Below, piece after piece: positions 59,122 through 64,000 of a stretch of 64,000 bases of DNA; positions within the stretch are counted from its first letter, which is position 1; every line of letters begins with the position of its first letter. The notes under the pieces were generated by a model, which saw only the letters and a program-made list of their open reading frames with translations, made no database searches and had not been told where the DNA came from. The position numbers and the translations under genes are program-made. Origin of the DNA: a virus. The DNA is taken from IMG/VR virus record IMGVR_UViG_3300044613_001897; one strand, written 5' to 3'.

Positions 59122-60180
59122 ATGAAAGAATACGTAAAGTTACTGCGTGAACTGCGCGAGGAAGGGAATAGGAATTCAAAACCAGATGATAAGATTCTTA
59201 TTGTAGATGGCTTGAATTCATTTATTCGTGTGTTTAGCGCGGTTCCCGTTTGTAATGATGATGGCGAACATATAGGAGGTATCACAGGATTCCTAAAATC
59301 TATAGGATTTGTTATCAGAAGCGTACAACCAACAAGACTTATTATAGTATTCGATGGTAAAGGTGGTTCTGTAAGAAGACGTGATTTATATGCTGATTAT
59401 AAGGCAGGACGAAAGATAAATACTAAATTTAATCGTCCTGATCATATGGAAATAAATGTTGATCAGGAAGTGAGAAATATGAAACATCAATTATCAAGAT
59501 TGGTTGCATATTTAGATACACTCCCAATAACAATACTTTCTATAGATACCGTAGAAGCAGATGATGTAATCGCATATATGACTACTGATATATTCCATAA
59601 TTCGGAAAAGGTAGTTATTATGTCAGATGATAAAGATTATTTACAATTAGTGAATGATAAAGTATCAATTTGGCGTCCTGTTACTAAAACCACCTATACC
59701 GCCGAAACTGTATTAGAAAAGATAGGAGTACCCGCATACAATTACATTATATTTAAACTTTTTACTGGTGACTCGTCTGATAATATTAAAGGTGTTGCCG
59801 GAGTAGGACTGAAGACTTTACTAAAGCATATTCCTGAAATACTGGAAGATAAAAAATTATCATTAGATGATATTATTCAGATCTGTATTGACCGAAGAGA
59901 CTCTAAACATAAGTTTTACCAGACTATATTAGATAACGAAAAGTTACTACGATTGAATTATGATTTGATGCAATTAGAAGATGTAGATATTCCAGGATCA
60001 ATTAAAAGTACTGTACGAGAAATAGTAAATGAACAAAAAATTCCAATCATAAATAAATTTTCATTTAAACGTTTATTAATGGAGGATAAAGTTTATAGTT
60101 CATTTAAAGATCCCGATGCTTGGCTAATGAGTACTTTCAATTTCCTTTCAGGATTTGCTAGTATGAAAAATGAAGAATAA
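59122..60180 (+). CDS. 5'-3' exonuclease/flap endonuclease (PolI N-terminal or T4 RNase H type)
   Basis: IVDGLN, VFDG, YKAGR, EADDVI, DDKDYLQL, GDSSDNIKGVAGVG.KT. Confidence 0.93.
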   Translation: MKEYVKLLRELREEGNRNSKPDDKILIVDGLNSFIRVFSAVPVCNDDGEHIGGITGFLKSIGFVIRSVQPTRLIIVFDGKGGSVRRRDLYADYKAGRKINTKFNRPDHMEINVDQEVRNMKHQLSRLVAYLDTLPITILSIDTVEADDVIAYMTTDIFHNSEKVVIMSDDKDYLQLVNDKVSIWRPVTKTTYTAETVLEKIGVPAYNYIIFKLFTGDSSDNIKGVAGVGLKTLLKHIPEILEDKKLSLDDIIQICIDRRDSKHKFYQTILDNEKLLRLNYDLMQLEDVDIPGSIKSTVREIVNEQKIPIINKFSFKRLLMEDKVYSSFKDPDAWLMSTFNFLSGFASMKNEE

Positions 60181-60186
60181 ATTAAG

Positions 60187-60218
60187 ATGCGTGATTATTT
60201 TTAGTCACGCATTTTTTT
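60187..60218 (+). terminator. Intrinsic terminator
   Basis: atgcgtgatt/agtcacgcat stem followed by a T-tract. Confidence 0.75.
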
Positions 60219-60234
60219 ACATATATTTAGAATT

Positions 60235-61599
60235 ATGAATGACAAACTTTCGGCTTACGGACATAGTTTCCAAATAAAAATTATTGCGGCGTTACTATCA
60301 GATAAAATATATTTACAACAGATATCTGATATTATACTACCGGAATTTTTTGAATCTGAAGCTAATAATTGGATAGTAAATATTATTCTAGAGTATTATG
60401 CTGAATATAAAGTAGCACCGACATTAGATGTATTTAAAACAAAAGCCTTATCAGTTACTAGAGATGTATTTAAAATGTCTATTGTTGACTCTTTGCGTGA
60501 AGTAATGAAATATGTTGAGTCGGATGATTTACATTATATTAAGGATGAGACTTTAAAATTTTGTAAAAATCAATGTATTAAAAAAGCTATATTAGAATCG
60601 GTTGAAGCTCTTAAAAAAGGTGAGTTCGATATAATAAAGAGCAAGATTGATAATGCTATGAAAGCTGGAGAGGCAGTATCGACAGGGTATGATTATGCAA
60701 GTACTGTAGAATCTAGATATACTGAATCAACTAGAAATACTGTCCCGACTCCTTGGCCGGTATTAAATGAATTGGCAGGAGGTGGTATGGGTAAAGGAGA
60801 ATTGTTCATATTTGTATCAGGCCCCGGTGGTGGTAAGTCTTGGTCATTAGTTAATATTGGTGCCCAAGCATATAGGAAAGGATTAAATGTAGTACATTAT
60901 ACGTTAGAGTTGAGTGAAGCTTATACATCACAAAGATATGATGCGGTTATTACTGGTATAGCAAGTCAAAACTTAAAATACCATATTGATGATATTAAAC
61001 ATGAAATCGAAAAGATTAACGGGTCGCTAACAGTACAGTATTACCCAACAAAGACAGCATCAGGAAATACATTAAGAGCACACTTAAATAAGCTAATAAT
61101 ATCAGGAGTAACACCAGATTTAGTTATAGTAGATTATGCTGACTTATTAAGAGTATTAGGTCGAGCAGGCGATGCTAGACATCAAGAACTAGAAAATATC
61201 TATGAAGATTTACGTGGATTAGCTGGTGAATATCAAATACCGGTTGTCACAGCATCACAATCAAATAAATCAGGCGCTGAATCTGAAATTATCCAAGGGG
61301 AGCAGATAGCTGGTGCATATTCAAAAATTATGATTGGCGACTTTATTATATCATTATCTAGAAAAGTATCCGATAAAATATCAGGTACTGGTAGATGGCA
61401 CGTAATTAAAAATAGATTTGGCCCTGATGGATTAACGTTACCAAGTAAATTGAATATGTCAAATGGGCAAATACAAATATTTGATGAGTCATCGGTACAG
61501 GGTAAAGAGACTAAGCAGACTATGGATAACGGTCAAGAAGTATTAAGAAAAACTTTAGCAAATAAATTTAAAGAAATAAACGGTTCCGCACTGGGTTGA
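60235..61599 (+). CDS. dnaB: Replicative DnaB/gp41-type helicase
   Basis: GPGGGKS, YTLEL, VIVDYADLL, TASQ, KNRFGPDG. Confidence 0.93.
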   Translation: MNDKLSAYGHSFQIKIIAALLSDKIYLQQISDIILPEFFESEANNWIVNIILEYYAEYKVAPTLDVFKTKALSVTRDVFKMSIVDSLREVMKYVESDDLHYIKDETLKFCKNQCIKKAILESVEALKKGEFDIIKSKIDNAMKAGEAVSTGYDYASTVESRYTESTRNTVPTPWPVLNELAGGGMGKGELFIFVSGPGGGKSWSLVNIGAQAYRKGLNVVHYTLELSEAYTSQRYDAVITGIASQNLKYHIDDIKHEIEKINGSLTVQYYPTKTASGNTLRAHLNKLIISGVTPDLVIVDYADLLRVLGRAGDARHQELENIYEDLRGLAGEYQIPVVTASQSNKSGAESEIIQGEQIAGAYSKIMIGDFIISLSRKVSDKISGTGRWHVIKNRFGPDGLTLPSKLNMSNGQIQIFDESSVQGKETKQTMDNGQEVLRKTLANKFKEINGSALG

Positions 61600-61658
61600 T
61601 GGTATTTATTATTACCCAATGAAGTTTACAAATCACAAACAATAAAACAATTTAAAAA

Positions 61659-63521
61659 ATGGAGATATCAAATAGTATCCTTAGCGAATTAACTGTGTAT
61701 ATGAAGTATGCTAAGTTTATTCCCGAGCTAAATAGACGAGAAACATGGGAAGAATTGGTTACTAGAAATAAAGAAATGCATCTAAAAAAATATCCGCATA
61801 TTGCTGATGATATTGAAACTGCATATAAATTAGTATACGATAAAAAAGTATTGCCCTCAATGAGGTCATTACAATTTGGTGGTAAACCAATTGAAATATC
61901 TCCTAATAGAATTTACAACTGCGCATACTTACCAATAGATGATATACGAGCTTTTGGTGAAGTTATGTTTCTATTATTAGGTGGTACTGGAGTAGGATAC
62001 TCAGTACAAAAACATCATGTAGATAGTCTACCTGAGATACATAAACCTAATACTACAAAGAATAGAAGATTCTTAATAGGTGATAGTATTGAAGGATGGG
62101 CTGATGCAATTAACGTACTAGTTAAATCATATTTTTCAGGAGGACCAACAGTAAATTTTGATTTTAGAGACATTAGACCTAAAGGAGCAAGATTGATAAC
62201 ATCAGGCGGTAAAGCTCCTGGTCCACAGCCACTTAAAGAATGTCTCGTAAAGATACAAGGAATTCTAGATGTTAAAAATAATGGTGATAAATTATCAGCA
62301 ATTGAAGTTCATGATATTGTGTGTCATGTAGCAGATGCAGTATTAGCAGGTGGTATTAGAAGGGCAGCATTAATTAGTTTATTCAGTGCTGATGATAATG
62401 AAATGATATCTTGCAAAACTGGAACATGGTGGGAAACTAATCCACAAAGAGGTAGATCAAACAATTCAGCAGTATTATTACGTAATAAGATTACTAAAGA
62501 ATTCTTTATGGATCTGTGGACTAAAATAAAAAATTCTGGATCTGGCGAGCCTGGTATATATTTCAATAATGATAAAGATTGGGGAACTAATCCTTGTTGC
62601 GAAATAGCATTGAGACCATTCCAATTCTGCAATCTTTGTGAAGTAAATGTATCCGATGTTGAATCACAAGAAGACTTAAATGCACGAGTTCGAGCTGCAG
62701 CACTTATCGGAACATTACAAGCAGGATACACAGACTTTCATTATTTACGACCAGTATGGAAACGAACTACAGAAAAGGAAGCATTGATTGGAGTTGGTAT
62801 GACAGGTATAGGTTCTGATAAAGCTCAACAGTATAATCTAAAAGAAGCTGCAGCAGAAGTTAAAAAAGAGAATGCTAGAATAGCAAAGTTAGTTGGAATT
62901 AATTCAGCCGCAAGATGTACAACAATTAAACCATCAGGTACTAGTTCATTAGTATTAGGTACAAGTTCAGGGATTCATGCATGGCATGATACTCATTATA
63001 TAAGACGTGTCAGAGTAGGGAAAAATGAACCAGTATACACACATTTAGCTATATATCATCCTGAACTAATTAAAGATGAATACTTTAGGCCACATGATAC
63101 AGCTGTGATAGAAGTTCCGCAAAGATCTCCTGCAGGTTCTATATTAAGAACAGAATCTGCTATTGAGTTACTAGAAAGAGTAAAGTTCTTTTACAATAAT
63201 TGGATAGCTCCAGGTCATATATCTGGACAGAATACACATAATATATCAGCTACTATCTCTATTAAAGATGATGAATGGGATATAGTAGGTGATTGGATGT
63301 TTGAGAATAGAACTTGTTACAATGGATTATCAGTATTACCCTATGATGGGGGTACGTATATTCAAGCACCTTTCGAGACTTGTACACCTGAAGTATATGA
63401 AGAAATGATGACACATTTAACTGCATTAGATATTACTTCTGTTGTTGAATATGAAGATAATACAGATGCAAAAGGTGAAGCAGCATGTGCTGGTGGTGCT
63501 TGTACGGTAGAGTCATTTTAA
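61659..63521 (+). CDS. nrdJ: Class II (B12-dependent) ribonucleotide reductase
   Basis: RRETW, PSMR, YNC, GTNPCCEI, KPSGTSS and C-terminal ACAGGAC. Confidence 0.92.
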   Translation: MEISNSILSELTVYMKYAKFIPELNRRETWEELVTRNKEMHLKKYPHIADDIETAYKLVYDKKVLPSMRSLQFGGKPIEISPNRIYNCAYLPIDDIRAFGEVMFLLLGGTGVGYSVQKHHVDSLPEIHKPNTTKNRRFLIGDSIEGWADAINVLVKSYFSGGPTVNFDFRDIRPKGARLITSGGKAPGPQPLKECLVKIQGILDVKNNGDKLSAIEVHDIVCHVADAVLAGGIRRAALISLFSADDNEMISCKTGTWWETNPQRGRSNNSAVLLRNKITKEFFMDLWTKIKNSGSGEPGIYFNNDKDWGTNPCCEIALRPFQFCNLCEVNVSDVESQEDLNARVRAAALIGTLQAGYTDFHYLRPVWKRTTEKEALIGVGMTGIGSDKAQQYNLKEAAAEVKKENARIAKLVGINSAARCTTIKPSGTSSLVLGTSSGIHAWHDTHYIRRVRVGKNEPVYTHLAIYHPELIKDEYFRPHDTAVIEVPQRSPAGSILRTESAIELLERVKFFYNNWIAPGHISGQNTHNISATISIKDDEWDIVGDWMFENRTCYNGLSVLPYDGGTYIQAPFETCTPEVYEEMMTHLTALDITSVVEYEDNTDAKGEAACAGGACTVESF

Positions 63522-63537
63522 AAACAGTTCGATATCA

Positions 63538-63711
63538 ATGAAAAAAATCATTTTAGTATTTTTTGTATCATTAATATCAGGTTGTGCTACAACATATAAT
63601 ATATCGCATGATAACAGTTTATGCAAATGTGAAATCAATCCAATGTCTAAATTTAGAACGACAGCAAATTGCCCATTACATTCTGTATATTCAGTTACAA
63701 TCATTCAATAA
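63538..63711 (+). CDS. Small putative lipoprotein (57 aa, not in the ORF track)
   Basis: MKKIILVFFVSLISGC signal peptide with a lipobox. Confidence 0.6.
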   Translation: MKKIILVFFVSLISGCATTYNISHDNSLCKCEINPMSKFRTTANCPLHSVYSVTIIQ

Positions 63712-63713
63712 CT

Positions 63714-63896
63714 TTGGAGTTAGTAGTATTTATACCTGATTATTTAATAAGTAGAGGTTCGTGTTGTGGTAACGGTTGTTTACGTTGCCCATACGAACCT
63801 TTACATGTAAAAGGAAATACTAAATTAAAAGATATTTATATAAAATCTAAAGAAGATGATAAAACTGAAGTCACTAGTAAACGAAGCAGTACCTAA
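63714..63896 (+). CDS. Small Cys-rich DUF5522-like protein
   Basis: RGSCCGNGCLRCPY. TTG at 63714 directly follows the lipoprotein stop. The true 3' extent is uncertain because it overlaps the next gene. Confidence 0.6.
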   Translation: MELVVFIPDYLISRGSCCGNGCLRCPYEPLHVKGNTKLKDIYIKSKEDDKTEVTSKRSST

Positions 63897-64000
63897 TATA
63901 TTAGCCTCTAATATAAAAGAACTAGATATTTTGTATACCGATCGTGGTAAGTTTTATAAAATGCAAATTACTGATAAAGGAAATAAAACGTTTAAAATTG
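63856..64000 (+). CDS. Leader-B accessory protein, 3'-truncated by the window edge
   Basis: MIKLKSLVNE|AVPNIL..., with ATATTTAT at 63832. Confidence 0.65.
   Translation, partial: MIKLKSLVNEAVPNILASNIKELDILYTDRGKFYKMQITDKGNKTFKI

Larger units (their letters stand above)
3381..63839 (+). promoter_or_regulatory. Recurrent ATATTTAT promoter-like motif
   Basis: Upstream copies start at 3381, 9151, 11086, 12942, 14913, 19094, 22421, 23270, 37068, 37394, 40031, 40861, 41540, 42150, 42825, 44630, 45768, 48655, 56616, 57051 and 63832. ATAATTAT variants at 942 and 27705. Confidence 0.75.

Noticed and set aside
11352-63521. Inteins or introns in terminase, capsid, RecA, helicase or RNR
   Set aside because: Lengths are normal and no splicing motifs or interruptions were seen. 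The capsid insertion is an S/T-rich domain, not an intein.
3444-63704. Minus-strand and nested ORFs in the track (e.g. 14429, 17177, 19836, 35887, 47998)
   Set aside because: They are antisense or alternate-frame shadows of well-supported + strand genes, with low-complexity translations.
1-64000. Stop-codon reassignment
   Set aside because: Core genes are full length in the standard code, and TAA, TAG and TGA all end genes at sensible boundaries.
1-64000. tRNA or rRNA genes
   Set aside because: Intergenic gaps are short and AT-rich and no cloverleaf or T-loop signature was noticed. A tRNAscan-SE run would confirm.

Overview
AT-rich 64-kb segment of a large T4-like myophage (contractile tail), with all credible genes on the + strand and the standard genetic code. 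The probable host is Bacteroidota (inferred from A-rich, Shine-Dalgarno-less start regions and promoters resembling TAnnTTTG). Gene order: 3' end of an SbcC/gp46 ATPase; fibre/adhesin genes; terminase, portal, prohead protease, scaffold, major capsid; GIY-YIG endonuclease, PhoH, GH19 endolysin; neck and tail-completion genes, sheath, tube, tail chaperone, tape measure, baseplate; then PolA-family polymerase, gp32 SSB, RecA/UvsX, 5'-3' exonuclease, DnaB helicase and class II RNR. The most unusual signal is an apparent modular capsid-cargo system. At least 13 unrelated accessory proteins carry one of two short N-terminal leaders (MKxS[EQ][LF]RxxI[KR]EE...LxE or M(I)KLxxL[LIV]xE) ending in a T4 gp21-type [LIV]-x-E cleavage site. 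Some are polyproteins of domains separated by LxE sites. One is an Ntn-hydrolase whose catalytic Cys would be exposed exactly by that cut. Also found: a probable +1/-2 frameshift in the tail chaperone, a recurrent ATATTTAT promoter-like motif, and a (S/T)-(G/A/S)-S motif enriched in virion proteins. All family assignments come from motif recognition by eye, not from database searches.
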